Positions 1 through 10,803 are shown, numbered from the stretch's first letter. The stretch is 64,000 nt of DNA from Cyanobacteria bacterium P01_D01_bin.156 (GCA_039024555.1 JBCCQQ010000002.1:181354-245353); one strand, 5' to 3'. The notes: generated from the sequence alone by a model not told the origin. Numbers and translations are program-made.

Positions 1-127
1 AGGGTAAGGAGCGCCCAGAGACAAAGAAATCCACTAGGCTACCCGAGGCTTTGCGCGATAGGTAAACACCGAGAGCCATCGTAAAGATGAGGTAAGCCAG
101 TACGATTAGCCAGTCAATAAGAAGCAT
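1..127 (-). CDS. Sodium:solute symporter family protein, N-terminal part (runs off window)
   Basis: Manual minus-strand translation from ATG at 127 gives MLLIDWLIVLAYLIFTMALGVYLSRKASGSLVDFFVSGRSLP, a typical SSS-family first TM helix followed by the 'DFFxxGRSLP' motif. Confidence 0.8.
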   Translation of the reverse strand, partial: MLLIDWLIVLAYLIFTMALGVYLSRKASGSLVDFFVSGRSLP

Positions 128-242
128 GGAATGGGGGGAATTCTGAAGCGATAGCCCAAATCATCCCACACAGGGCCGCTGTCGCCAAAGGCGAATGCTG
201 TTTATCTGAACATGGGTAGGGATGAAGGGGTTTATGAAGGTT

Positions 243-250
243 GCGATCGC
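243..250. repeat. HIP1 octamer GCGATCGC (representative copy; recurs throughout the core parts of the window)
   Basis: Many copies seen, e.g. near 616, 1010, 5862, 6188, 7348; established cyanobacterial signature. Confidence 0.9.
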
Positions 251-386
251 ACACTTCACCCACAACAGATAGCCTCGCACTTCAAGTAATTAGCTCTAGA
301 CGATCGGTCGGCATTAGGGTGTTATGTGGCTATTTTTCGAAGCGCTGATCTCTAGCTAATGCTTCAGTAACTTCAGTAAAACGTAT

Positions 387-710
387 TCAGGTCCTTAGCC
401 AAACAATGATGTTAATTAGGGCTGTGACCCCAGCGCACAGAACAACACCTTGTACCAGGCTGGATTCATGTCGATGATTGAGCCAGCGAACAAGCGGGAT
501 TACATAGAGCAGTTGCCAAAACAGCAAACCCTTTGCCCCTAAGTACCAGACCTGAATGAATACGTAGCCTGGAAAAATGAGTGCGACCAAGCCAATGACG
601 AAGATGATTATGGCTGCGATCGCATGCAGCAGCAATAGCAACAGACTTCCTTTAATGATGTCTACACTCATAGACCTGACGACCTCGGTATCCCCAAAAA
701 TACAGCCCAC
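387..710 (-). CDS. Hypothetical membrane protein (about 3 TM helices)
   Basis: 107-aa hydrophobic ORF; start uncertain. Confidence 0.6.
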   Translation of the reverse strand: MGCIFGDTEVVRSMSVDIIKGSLLLLLLHAIAAIIIFVIGLVALIFPGYVFIQVWYLGAKGLLFWQLLYVIPLVRWLNHRHESSLVQGVVLCAGVTALINIIVWLRT

Positions 711-772
711 ACCCTACGAAACCTCATTCTCAGCCACTGAAGTCTCCTAAGCATTCCTTAAAAAACCACCCT

Positions 773-1315
773 ATGCTACGCACCCTCTCAGTTCTTTCCT
801 TTGCCACCAGCGCCGCCTTTCTCATGGTTCCAGCCGCCAGCGCCAACGGCCTTTCTCTTTCTAGCCGAGATACCTTCGAGCGGATGGACAATATAATACT
901 GCCGGTGGAAGCAACATCAGGCAGCTGCCCTAGCACGGTAGAGCTGTGGCAGGAATCTGCGGTTAGCTACGAAGCGGGCGACCACAGTGGTTTGATGCTG
1001 AATGTGGTTGCGATCGCCCAGGGAAACACCGAATTTATCGATAGCCAGGAATATTCCGTCACCTTTCGCTCGCCGCTCAAACCAGAGTTCTACAGCTGCG
1101 TTGCCTACCTGGGCAATGACGCAAACTTTGATGAAATTGCCCAGTACTACCGGAAGCTATACGACATTTGGTTTAGCCAGGGCCATGTTTATTTTCGGCT
1201 AGACATCAGCCCCATTGCCCCAGAACCCCACGAACGAGACTGGTATTACGCGAACATTACGCACCAGGAAATTGTCGGCCAGTATCCCTATGTGCGTTGG
1301 GCCGTTGGAGACTGA
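773..1315 (+). CDS. Hypothetical secreted protein
   Basis: Signal peptide-like N-terminus (MLRTLSVLSFATSAAFLMVPAASA). Confidence 0.75.
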   Translation: MLRTLSVLSFATSAAFLMVPAASANGLSLSSRDTFERMDNIILPVEATSGSCPSTVELWQESAVSYEAGDHSGLMLNVVAIAQGNTEFIDSQEYSVTFRSPLKPEFYSCVAYLGNDANFDEIAQYYRKLYDIWFSQGHVYFRLDISPIAPEPHERDWYYANITHQEIVGQYPYVRWAVGD

Positions 1316-1326
1316 CCTTTAAACCA

Positions 1327-1962
1327 CTACACAAACAGAGCTTTCAGCCAGTCGGTAAACCTGATGGCAATTTCTGTATTGGGACGCAGTGCTTGTTTCG
1401 TAATCGCTCTTCCCAGTGGTGTTCCTGGCTCATCATGCCAAGCTAGATAGGTATGAATAATTGCTTTACTTCGATGAACTGATTTAAAGGTTGTTAAACC
1501 TTGTGTCTGAGCTTGTTCTACACATTTCTGAGCACACTGTAATGAAGATTCCTCCGCTAGCTCCATACAAAAATCATCGAGCATTCCAGAGTCTTGATTA
1601 TTTGGCATCAGCCAAAAGCCTAATTTAGGCTCTTCCGACTCACTTTCCACAAAGGTACCATTGGGAGTAGGAGTATCTGGAATTTCATAGCTGTAATGCC
1701 TTAATTTCTGCTGCACACTCTTCCACCGACCTGATAACGAAGGACTATCGGCATCAAGCATGACACCTATTACGTCTGGAGGATCAGGACTGATAATCAA
1801 GGCATTCAAGCGACTCAGTACCTGATCATCAGAACCACATTGGTAGATCCCAAACGTTTCAGGAACAGTATGAGCCTGGCAAAGAGCCATCACCACATGG
1901 CAGTCGTTATCTCCTTCAACCAGTAGAACTTTATCGGTATCTTGTTTACAAATATTGTTCAT
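1327..1962 (-). CDS. DUF3226-like protein with TOPRIM-type acidic motifs
   Basis: LLVEGDND near the N-terminus and MLDAD (DxD); starts 5 bp after the ATPase stop. Confidence 0.75.
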   Translation of the reverse strand: MNNICKQDTDKVLLVEGDNDCHVVMALCQAHTVPETFGIYQCGSDDQVLSRLNALIISPDPPDVIGVMLDADSPSLSGRWKSVQQKLRHYSYEIPDTPTPNGTFVESESEEPKLGFWLMPNNQDSGMLDDFCMELAEESSLQCAQKCVEQAQTQGLTTFKSVHRSKAIIHTYLAWHDEPGTPLGRAITKQALRPNTEIAIRFTDWLKALFV

Positions 1963-1967
1963 ACTGG

Positions 1968-3092
1968 CTATCTGACTTCAACATCCATCTCAATCGCATC
2001 GGTCAGAGTTTCAGATGTATACTCCGTTACTTTGATGTGGCCATCTTTTGCATCAAGTCTGAAGAACGCGCCCTGATTAGGATACTTATTCCAAGCACTA
2101 TCAAATCCAGCTACGCAGTCTCGACTGTGAGTTGTTGCAAACACCTGAACATTGAGCCTTTCTGCTAACTGAAAAACAATATTCCAAACCTTGGGCTGTA
2201 CGCTCCAGTGCAAGCCATTTTCAAATTCATCGATGAGAAGTAAGCCGTCCTGAGCATTCACCAGGGCCACTACTATATGGAACAAGCGAGTCATACCATC
2301 ACCCATACTCTTCAAAGGCAATGGCTCATCAACACCCTTAACTTTTACGAGAGGAATTCGATTATCAGATGAACGTCGTTGACTGTCTTCTACAAAGGCA
2401 ATTTTTGAAACTCTACTATCAATGAGCCTAAGTGCTGATATGACCTCTGACTCTAAGTCTGTTAAGCTAGTCAAATCCCAAAGTTCTGCTAATTTTTGAT
2501 TAGGCATATTGTCTGTTGAAACAGTTTGACACCTATACCTAAACTTAGGTTCTTGAAGGCTGTATAACCTCTTACGTCTTCGTACTTGTATATCTCTGAT
2601 ATCTCTGTCTAACCTAAAAAGCCTTCTTGATTTGCCCCCTTCTTCCAAAACTAGAAAAAAATCAATATCAGAAACATCTTCATCAATCAGAAATTCATCA
2701 AACCGAGTGATTCTGACCATGCCTGCATCATCATACTTACGGTGATAAGGTGCTACACCAATATGAATCTCTGAGTTAGAATTAGCTTCTCCAAGAAGAA
2801 TGCCTCTTTCACTAATTTCAGGCAGTCTATGGCCGAAGAAAAGATGCCTGACAGGATTTTCAAAGGAACCTTGAGGCTGAGATTGTAACTCACTAAACCA
2901 ATTTTCTTGCCTAGAATCCACTAGATCAATGAGTACACCCGTAGAAGCGTTGCTAGAGTAAAGTTCTAATGCTTCAAGAAAAGTACTTTTTCCAGCGTTA
3001 TTTTTACCAACAATTAGGTTTACTCGACTTAATTTTTTAACTTTAATGTCTTGAAAAAGCCTGAAGTTTCTCACCTGAAAGGAACTTAGCAT
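1968..3092 (-). CDS. ABC-type ATPase (AAA_15/AAA_21-like)
   Basis: Walker A GKNNAGKS, signature-like SMGDG, Walker B LLLIDEFENGLH, H-loop ATTHS; ATG 3092 preceded by AGGAG (ORF track start 3107). Confidence 0.9.
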   Translation of the reverse strand: MLSSFQVRNFRLFQDIKVKKLSRVNLIVGKNNAGKSTFLEALELYSSNASTGVLIDLVDSRQENWFSELQSQPQGSFENPVRHLFFGHRLPEISERGILLGEANSNSEIHIGVAPYHRKYDDAGMVRITRFDEFLIDEDVSDIDFFLVLEEGGKSRRLFRLDRDIRDIQVRRRKRLYSLQEPKFRYRCQTVSTDNMPNQKLAELWDLTSLTDLESEVISALRLIDSRVSKIAFVEDSQRRSSDNRIPLVKVKGVDEPLPLKSMGDGMTRLFHIVVALVNAQDGLLLIDEFENGLHWSVQPKVWNIVFQLAERLNVQVFATTHSRDCVAGFDSAWNKYPNQGAFFRLDAKDGHIKVTEYTSETLTDAIEMDVEVR

Positions 3093-3275
3093 TGAAACTC
3101 CTACCATTGTCTAGGGCTAGCTGATAAGTTTACAGCGCTTGCAAACGTCTCACCAAAATTTCTGAGTTATTTTAGCAAAGCATATCTGACAGCCCTGTCA
3201 ATTTCTTAGCTTGATATTACGATGACTTAAGTCTTCTGAGGTATGGGGTAGTACTACAAATTCAGTAACCAGGAT

Positions 3276-4031
3276 TTAAAAATCCTCTTGCTCAATTTCT
3301 TCAATTACTTGTAAGCCTCTGGCATCTCCCAAATTCAAGATCGCGGCGCGAGCATCATCCCTCACGCCTAGATCCTCATCATCGATAAAGGTTTCAATCA
3401 GGGCATCAATGGCGGTGGCATAGACCACGTTGTAGGTAATATCGGTACACAGTTCCCCAATGGACCAGGCGCAGTTGCTCCGCACAATGGAAATGGAGTC
3501 ATTGCGCATGGTTTTTACTAAGGCCGGAATCGCTTTGAGTGCAGCTTCGAAGCTAATTTTGCCCATTTGGCCCAGGGCACTCGCCGCCCAAAGCCGCACT
3601 ACAGACATATCAGTCTCAATGGCGTCCACTAAAGGAGCCACTGCCTTTTCATTTTGGCAATTGCCCAAGGCCCACACCACAGCCTTACGTACATAACCAT
3701 GGGAATCGTGGGTGAGCTGATTGATTAAAGCATCAACCGCTGTCTCGCTAGGGTTCCTTCCTAGGGCATAGGCTGCATTTACCCGCACCAACGGACTGTC
3801 ATCCTTAAGCAGTTCAATGAGTCGGGGAATCGCACGAGGTTCTTGAATTTTATAAAATGCTCGGGCCGCCAGCATACGCTGCTGCAAAATCTCTGAATGC
3901 AACAGGGGTAGCATTTGGTCGGGATTGTAGCGAGGGGACTCATCCTTTAGGGGAATGTCATCCAAAGGATCGATAGGGGCATCTAACCCCACCTCAGCTT
4001 CTAAAATATTAAGAGCATCAATATCATCCAT
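3276..4031 (-). CDS. nblB: HEAT-repeat (PBS lyase HEAT-like) protein, NblB-like
   Basis: Repeated 'VRxxAAxALG' HEAT units and an acidic N-terminus; symbol is tentative. Confidence 0.7.
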   Translation of the reverse strand: MDDIDALNILEAEVGLDAPIDPLDDIPLKDESPRYNPDQMLPLLHSEILQQRMLAARAFYKIQEPRAIPRLIELLKDDSPLVRVNAAYALGRNPSETAVDALINQLTHDSHGYVRKAVVWALGNCQNEKAVAPLVDAIETDMSVVRLWAASALGQMGKISFEAALKAIPALVKTMRNDSISIVRSNCAWSIGELCTDITYNVVYATAIDALIETFIDDEDLGVRDDARAAILNLGDARGLQVIEEIEQEDF

Positions 4032-4279
4032 GAATTGAAATCGGGAACAGCCGCACGCGTAGATTTAGTAAACCTTGTCCACGTCCAGAAAAGTCGCTTT
4101 ACCGTAGAAGAAACTACAGGTTTCAATTTGAACGTGGTTCAAAACTTGGGTAATAGCCGATATCGGCTATTACCCAAGATGATATCTATAGCAAATATGA
4201 GCGTTACTGATTTCGCAACCAGTAGGCCGGAAATCAGTAACGGTAATTCTAGAAAGGCTGCTCTCGACAGCCCATATTT

Positions 4280-5581
4280 CTAGATTGAGGACAGTACAGT
4301 ACGAGCGGCAGCCAACGTATTGGCAATGTCATCATCGGTGTGGGCCAGAGACGTAAAGCCTGCCTCAAACTGAGAAGGTGCTAGATATACGCCCTGCTCT
4401 AACATGCCCCGGTGGAAACGGCTAAACTTCTGCAAATCAGACTGCTTAGCATCGTCATAGTTATGCACCGGACCTTCGGTGAAGAACATGCCAAACATGC
4501 CGCTAATATTGCCACCGCAAACGGCATGACCATTTTGACGAGCAATTTCAAGCAGACCGTTGATCAGCTTATTGGTGGTTGCTTCTAGCTGCTCATAAGT
4601 ACCGGGACGACTCAGAATCTCCAGAGTTTTGATACCTGCCGTCATGGCGAGGGGATTACCAGATAGAGTACCAGCCTGATACACAGGACCTGCAGGCGCA
4701 ACCATTTCTAGAATCTCGCGACGACCACCGTAGGCTCCTACAGGTAAGCCACCGCCGATGATTTTGCCCAGGGTGGTGAGGTCAGGCGTCACACCCAGCT
4801 TTTCTTGCACACCGCCGTAGGCAATGCGGAAGCCGGTCATCACTTCGTCAAAGACAAGCAGGGCATCGTTTTCTTGGGTGATTTCCCGTAAACCTTCTAA
4901 GAAACCAGCATCGGGAGTAACAAAACCAGAGTTGCCGACAATGGGCTCTAGAATCACACCGGAAATTTCGCCAGGATGCTGGGCAAACAGTGCTTTAACA
5001 GCTTCTAGATCGTTATAAGGAGCCGTTAGTGTAGCAGCGGTCGTACTTTTGGGAACACCGGGAGAGTCGGGCAAACCTAGAGTGGCCACACCAGAACCGG
5101 CTTTAACCAGGAACATGTCAGCATGACCGTGGTAGCAGCCTTCGAACTTGATTACCTTGTCCCGTCCGGTAAAAGCGCGCATCAGACGCAGTACCGCCAT
5201 GCAGGCTTCAGTACCGGAGTTGACGAAGCGTACCATTTCGATGCTGGGTACGGCCTTGATTACCATCTCGGCCAGAACGTTTTCGAGATAGCAGGGAGCG
5301 CCAAAGCTAGTCCCTTTTTGCAAAGCTTCTGTCAGGGCCGCGTTTACTTCGTCATTAGCATGGCCGCAAATAGCAGGTCCCCAAGTGCCGACATAATCAA
5401 TGTATTCGTTACCGTCAACGTCCCAAATGTGAGAGCCTTTGACATGGTCAAAAACAATGGGCTGACCGCCAACAGACTTGAATGCGCGTACAGGAGAGCT
5501 AACGCCTCCGGGCATCAAGCTTTGGGCAGCCGAAAAAATCTCATCTGATTTTGTCGTTTTTAAAGATGTGGTAGTAACCAA
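4280..5581 (-). CDS. hemL: Glutamate-1-semialdehyde 2,1-aminomutase
   Basis: [44 protein letters not shown] (PLP lysine). Confidence 0.98.
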   Translation of the reverse strand: MVTTTSLKTTKSDEIFSAAQSLMPGGVSSPVRAFKSVGGQPIVFDHVKGSHIWDVDGNEYIDYVGTWGPAICGHANDEVNAALTEALQKGTSFGAPCYLENVLAEMVIKAVPSIEMVRFVNSGTEACMAVLRLMRAFTGRDKVIKFEGCYHGHADMFLVKAGSGVATLGLPDSPGVPKSTTAATLTAPYNDLEAVKALFAQHPGEISGVILEPIVGNSGFVTPDAGFLEGLREITQENDALLVFDEVMTGFRIAYGGVQEKLGVTPDLTTLGKIIGGGLPVGAYGGRREILEMVAPAGPVYQAGTLSGNPLAMTAGIKTLEILSRPGTYEQLEATTNKLINGLLEIARQNGHAVCGGNISGMFGMFFTEGPVHNYDDAKQSDLQKFSRFHRGMLEQGVYLAPSQFEAGFTSLAHTDDDIANTLAAARTVLSSI

Positions 5582-5786
5582 CGGGCTCTCCTTATCGTTT
5601 AAATTCGTTTACCTAAGGGATGGATGACAGCCCGCAATGGCTGCCGTTGTGAATGCTTGCTGAAGATTGCAGTATTCTCAATCCTATCGTTTGTGAGAGT
5701 AACGATTGCAATATGTTAAGGAATGTAGCAATGCGGGTAAAGCCCGCAAACTGCGACAATGGCACCGATACTAAACCGACCCAGCA

Positions 5787-6428
5787 ATGAGTACTCCGCT
5801 TTCCTTCGTAGGCGCTATCCCCACTGACAAGATTCGATACAACGATCAAGGTTTGGTACCTGCGATCGCACAAGATTACCTCGACGGCACAGTGCTGATG
5901 ATGGCCTGGATGAACCAGGAGTCGTTAACAAAAACGCTAGAAACTGGAGACGTATGGTACTGGAGTCGTTCCCGTCAGGAACTGTGGCATAAGGGAGCTA
6001 CATCCGGCCATTTGCAAAAGCTCAAAGCCATCCGCTACGACTGCGACAGTGATGCCCTACTGCTCACCATCGAACAGGTGGGCGATATCGCTTGCCATAC
6101 TGGGAAACGCAGCTGTTTCCATCAGGTAGATGGAGGAATTACCCCCCCAGCAGCAGATACGTTATCGCAAGTGTATGGGGTCATCTGCGATCGCAAAGCC
6201 AACCCCAAACCAGACTCTTACACCAATACGCTCTTTGCCGGTGGCGATAACAAGATCCTTAAAAAAATTGGCGAAGAAGCCGCTGAAGTGGTGATGGCCT
6301 GCAAGGATGACGAACCGGATGAAATTGCTGGAGAAGTGGCCGATTTGCTGTATCACACCCTAGTTGCGATCGCTCACCACAACGTAGATATCAAGGACGT
6401 TTACCGCAAGCTACAGTCAAGAAGATAG
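5787..6428 (+). CDS. hisIE: Bifunctional phosphoribosyl-AMP cyclohydrolase / phosphoribosyl-ATP pyrophosphatase
   Basis: [39 protein letters not shown]. Confidence 0.97.
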   Translation: MSTPLSFVGAIPTDKIRYNDQGLVPAIAQDYLDGTVLMMAWMNQESLTKTLETGDVWYWSRSRQELWHKGATSGHLQKLKAIRYDCDSDALLLTIEQVGDIACHTGKRSCFHQVDGGITPPAADTLSQVYGVICDRKANPKPDSYTNTLFAGGDNKILKKIGEEAAEVVMACKDDEPDEIAGEVADLLYHTLVAIAHHNVDIKDVYRKLQSRR

Positions 6429-6508
6429 AGAAATCCTTTAGAGCATGGGACATGTCTACTTGATTCTCAGACCCATGGCAAAATAGCAGTACAAATGCCC
6501 TACCTGCG

Positions 6509-7678
6509 TTGTCCATGGCTATCAAACCGTCCCAGCTTCAGACGATTCTGCAAAATAAACGTAGAGAATTCGAAGGTTTCACTCGGGGACAGCAAACCAA
6601 TCTGGAACGGTACCAGTTGGCGTGGCAAACACTGTGCCAAACCACTGATGAGGAACTGAAGAGTTGGCTTAGCGCCCGCCATGGCAACATAGGTGCCCGA
6701 CCTCTGGAGAATCTAAACACCCACGGAATCTGCCATAGCGGACTAGAGTGGGGCAATCGAGAACATAGCCTGCAATGGGTGAATGAGCATCTACAGGGCA
6801 TCACTACATTTGCGGTGGATGGTTCACAAATTTTTCCGAGCAAAGATCTATCCCCACCCATTGCCCTGGTACAAATTGGCTGGTTTGAAAATCCACACAC
6901 ATCAACAGCGGACTATATCAAAGACATCGAATTAGATGTGATGACTCCTAAGGATTTAGAGCTGGGAGATGCTTCAAAGCCCTTAGACCGTCTGGTAAAT
7001 AAGCACCGTTTCAAGATGGAAGTGGGCCGTTTGGTGGAGTACATCGAGACGGTTAAAGATCCTGAACATTGCCTGGTGTTTTTTGATGGGGCACTGGTGG
7101 CCACCTTTGCCGATGCCTATGAAGATGAGGATCGCAAAGATTATGTTGAAGCGTTAGTGCGCTTACTACAGGCGAGTGAGACCCATCGAGTACCGCTAGT
7201 GGGCTATGTGGACACCAGCTCTGCCCATGATTTAACAACACTTTTGGAACACCATTCCTCTAGTGTTTCCATGATTCCTAAGGTCACCGATGCCCAGATG
7301 CTCAATCGCTACATGCAATGGGGGGATTGTACGCCCGTTTTTCAATGCGATCGCACTGGCATTCTCACCGAATACAAACAGCATAAAGAGCGGGTGATTT
7401 TCACCTATCTAAAAACCAACCAAGGCTATCCCGCTCGCGTTGAAATGCCTAAATGGATCCATGAAGCAGGCATCACCGAGCAAGTTCTTAATTGGGTTAG
7501 GGCAGAAGTCATCGTCGGTGGGGGCTATCCCTACGCCATTGAAACCGCCGATCAAACCGCAGTGCTCCAAACCAGCGATCGCCAAGTCTTTTTTCGCATT
7601 CTCCAGGACTGGGCCAACCATGAAGATCTACAGCTGCGATGGTCACGCAAAATGATGAGCAAATTGCGGCGACGTTGA
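6509..7678 (+). CDS. nurA: NurA-domain nuclease
   Basis: FAVDGS, FFDGAL and GYPYAIETAD motifs of the NurA family. Confidence 0.85.
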   Translation: MSMAIKPSQLQTILQNKRREFEGFTRGQQTNLERYQLAWQTLCQTTDEELKSWLSARHGNIGARPLENLNTHGICHSGLEWGNREHSLQWVNEHLQGITTFAVDGSQIFPSKDLSPPIALVQIGWFENPHTSTADYIKDIELDVMTPKDLELGDASKPLDRLVNKHRFKMEVGRLVEYIETVKDPEHCLVFFDGALVATFADAYEDEDRKDYVEALVRLLQASETHRVPLVGYVDTSSAHDLTTLLEHHSSSVSMIPKVTDAQMLNRYMQWGDCTPVFQCDRTGILTEYKQHKERVIFTYLKTNQGYPARVEMPKWIHEAGITEQVLNWVRAEVIVGGGYPYAIETADQTAVLQTSDRQVFFRILQDWANHEDLQLRWSRKMMSKLRRR

Positions 7679-8156
7679 TGACAGCCAAGACTCTACGCCA
7701 ACAGCTTTTTTTAACGCCTGGCATTGCTAAACCTTGGGATCATCTCCCAGCATGGATTGCATGACCCTATCGAAACACACTGCAAGTAACAGAGTATTGC
7801 TTTTTCTAAGGTTAATCCCTACGTTCCTAATGAGTATCGAAGATAAAACCCTATGGAATTTCAGTGAGTATTTTCACCTATTAGCAATCCGCTAAAGGGT
7901 TACAGCAACTCCATAGCCATTAAAGACAACCATGGGTCTGATCAATGGTTACTGAGACAATTATTGACTTTTGTTGTGTTTGATTGCGTTTCCGTACATT
8001 TTTTTTAGGCGGTTCCCAGCATATTCCTAGACTGAGACTACCGGAGGACGAGAACTCCCTATATAACTGCATTTTGGGCGATTGTTCATTTGAGTGATTG
8101 CCCTGCAGTTTTTCCCTAGCGTCAGGTTTATTGATACGCAAAAGGATTTAAATTTA

Positions 8157-8897
8157 ATGACTTTACCTTTGTTAAGCTATCCCACCAGTTGTCAAAACCA
8201 GCGTGTAAATGGTTTTGAAATCCCTGGTGATGAGCAACCCCGCATTTTTTCCACAGCACTTCTGCCTGATGCCCAGGAAATTGACACGCTAATTTTTGCT
8301 GCCTATCGCCGCATTTACAACGAACAGCAACTGTTAGCCTGCCATCGAGATCGCTTTCTTGAGTCTCAGCTGCGTAGCAATCAGATTTCTGTTCGAGACT
8401 TTATTCGTGGCCTGTTGCTATCTGAGTCATTTCGACGTCTTAACTACGAATGCAGCAACAACTATCGCTTTGTTGATATGTGTGTGCAGCGCGTCCTCGG
8501 TCGTAAGGTCTACGATCAGCGTGAAACGCTAGCCTGGTCTATCGTACTGGCTACTGACGGTATCCAAGGCTTTGTAGATGCTTTGCTCAACAGTGATGAG
8601 TATGTCAACACCTTTGGTGAAGACACCGTCCCCTATCAGCAGCGACGGATTTTACCTCAGCAGTCCATGGGCGAGCTTCCCTTCGAACGCATGCCTCGCT
8701 ATGGCAGTGACCACCTAGAGAAACTCCAAGCACTGGGGAATGATTTCTCTGCTACTGGTGAAGGTTTAGTTGGCAATGGATTACCATCCGAAAAAATCCA
8801 AAAGGTGGGCGCAGCCATTACGATTGCGGGTGCTATTGTGCTGACCAGCGGCTTAGCTGCTGTCATCCTTTCCTGGTTTGGTTGGCTCAAGATCTAA
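8157..8897 (+). CDS. cpcL: Phycobilisome rod-core linker with C-terminal membrane helix (CpcL type)
   Basis: MTLPLLSYPTSCQNQRV start, linker motifs LESQLR..ISVRDFIRGL and VQRVLGR, hydrophobic tail VGAAITIAGAIVLTSGLAAVILSWFGW. Confidence 0.88.
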   Translation: MTLPLLSYPTSCQNQRVNGFEIPGDEQPRIFSTALLPDAQEIDTLIFAAYRRIYNEQQLLACHRDRFLESQLRSNQISVRDFIRGLLLSESFRRLNYECSNNYRFVDMCVQRVLGRKVYDQRETLAWSIVLATDGIQGFVDALLNSDEYVNTFGEDTVPYQQRRILPQQSMGELPFERMPRYGSDHLEKLQALGNDFSATGEGLVGNGLPSEKIQKVGAAITIAGAIVLTSGLAAVILSWFGWLKI

Positions 8898-8917
8898 TCT
8901 CCTCCCAAGAGCCTATT

Positions 8918-8949
8918 AAAGCCCTAGACACTCTGTATCTAGGGCTTTT
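8918..8949. terminator. Intrinsic terminator hairpin between convergent genes
   Basis: AAAGCCCTAGA...TCTAGGGCTTTT. Confidence 0.75.
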
Positions 8950-8964
8950 CTGCTATTAATAGAA

Positions 8965-10803
8965 CTATTCCCACTCATTAAAGGTGGGCGGAGCCTGTCG
9001 TTGACTAGACCGACGAGTATCTTGCCAAGCGCTACCAATGCCCTGCAAAATGCCGCGCCCCACCAAACCAATGCCGCGCCCCACCACTTCAGTCAGAACA
9101 TACACGACACTACTGCCCACCAGTGCAACCAATGCCCGTACCCGTGGACTCAACGCATCACGAGTTTCCAACAGCAGAGTCATGGCCCAGGGTAACCCAG
9201 ACAACCGATCGAGTTCTGCACGCCGGGGGGCATATACGGGCGTTAGCAAAATACCGCGAGGTCCTAAGGTATATAAGCGATACTGACTTTCAAACATGGC
9301 CGTGGGGTCATTGACCAATCGATTCCAGCGATAGCGCCAGGAAAGATCATTACGAAATCGCTCAATGTCTCGGGTGGAAATCAGCCGCCGACTATACAAA
9401 CCTTTTTTGATCACCTCAACATCGGCAAGGCGATTGAGCAGGGGCTGCATTACCCCATTACCCATCTGAATTAGCAGATTTTCCAATAGTTTTTCACTGT
9501 GAGCCAACGCTTCAGGAGCTGTCGCGATGTAACTTGTACCTTCAACCACCATGGCATCTTGAAATAGCCAGTGGGAGAGCAGTTCAGGCACTAGGGGAAT
9601 GGGCTTGAGAATTTCTCGCTCGACGACTTCTTTTTCGTTATAAAGAACCGCCACCAGTTCCTGTTCCACACCGTTCAGTGGAACCGTATAGTAGCGACCA
9701 AAAAATTCTTCTATAGTGGCCACCCACAGATCACGCAAGATTTGTGGCGATTTTTCCCGTAGCTGTCCTGGCTGGGGAACAGACTGACGTAAATCATCGA
9801 GTAAGTCTTCAAATCGACGCAGAATAATAAATAACAGCTCTCGTTTTTTATCGAGACGCAAAATATCGATTTCTAACGGCTCATCGGTGGTGTTTTGCAA
9901 GTCGGTTTGCAGCTTAGCAAACACAGCTTCGAACACCATATTCTGGACATCACCACTGCGCAAACTCAGGGGCGCAGACTCTGGTTTAGTCAGTGCTGCC
10001 GCTGCACCTAAAGAAGAGGGCACCCCTCCAGGTCGCTGTCGAGGAGGCTCTGCTGCACGGCGAGAGAGGTTTTTGGCCCAACTAGCATCGGGGTATTGTT
10101 GGGTAGCCCAGAGCTGGCGCATACACCAGCGGGCAGCTTTAAGTTCACGCATTTGCCCCACTAAAACCTGACGTTCCAGCCAAGGTAACCGGGGACGACG
10201 TAGGGCAGCCGTGGTTTTAGCAAGCTGTTGATCAATTTTGTCCAGGCCCGCCAGCCGCATGCTTAACCGCATGGCAGTCAGCGGTCCAGGAATTTTAGAC
10301 GGTAGCTGGGGGCGTTTCGGCGTGGGTTCACGCTGGCCCCTGGCCACAGAACGAATTAACTGAGCCAGTTCGCGCACAGGCATACTGCGGGTGCCATACC
10401 CATCAGCGCCCACTTGACGAGCGGCGGCTTCTAGCACTGGCTCTGCGCGGGCACTCAGCACCAAAACCGATAGTTTAGAAAACTCAGTTTTGATGGATTT
10501 ACACAGCTGTAGCCCAGAACTGTTGACAGGGTCAGTTCCAGCCTCGTTAGCACCCAAGCCCAGATCAACAATCACCAGGTCAATGGTAGATTTTCCACGC
10601 AGGGTGGGATCGGTAAACGCTTGGGCTTGAGTGCGATCGCACTTTCTAATAATCGCTATGGCTTCAGCTGCAGTAGCTGCCTCAGCCGCGATTTGAAACC
10701 CTGGCAGCTGCTCCAACCATACCCGCAGTCCCAATCGAAAGGTGGGGTCTTCATCCACCAGCATCAATTGCAAGGGTCGTTCGCTCATGCCACCTGATTC
10801 CAT
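8965..10803 (-). CDS. Ycf55-like protein (receiver-like domain + DUF3685)
   Basis: N-terminal LMLVDED receiver-like domain; C-terminal PLEIDIL...STRDIERFRNDLSWRY. Confidence 0.85.
   Translation of the reverse strand: MESGGMSERPLQLMLVDEDPTFRLGLRVWLEQLPGFQIAAEAATAAEAIAIIRKCDRTQAQAFTDPTLRGKSTIDLVIVDLGLGANEAGTDPVNSSGLQLCKSIKTEFSKLSVLVLSARAEPVLEAAARQVGADGYGTRSMPVRELAQLIRSVARGQREPTPKRPQLPSKIPGPLTAMRLSMRLAGLDKIDQQLAKTTAALRRPRLPWLERQVLVGQMRELKAARWCMRQLWATQQYPDASWAKNLSRRAAEPPRQRPGGVPSSLGAAAALTKPESAPLSLRSGDVQNMVFEAVFAKLQTDLQNTTDEPLEIDILRLDKKRELLFIILRRFEDLLDDLRQSVPQPGQLREKSPQILRDLWVATIEEFFGRYYTVPLNGVEQELVAVLYNEKEVVEREILKPIPLVPELLSHWLFQDAMVVEGTSYIATAPEALAHSEKLLENLLIQMGNGVMQPLLNRLADVEVIKKGLYSRRLISTRDIERFRNDLSWRYRWNRLVNDPTAMFESQYRLYTLGPRGILLTPVYAPRRAELDRLSGLPWAMTLLLETRDALSPRVRALVALVGSSVVYVLTEVVGRGIGLVGRGILQGIGSAWQDTRRSSQRQAPPTFNEWE

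Noticed and set aside
7740..8150. CcaR G-box or RcaC L-box upstream of cpcL
   Set aside because: No convincing match found by eye
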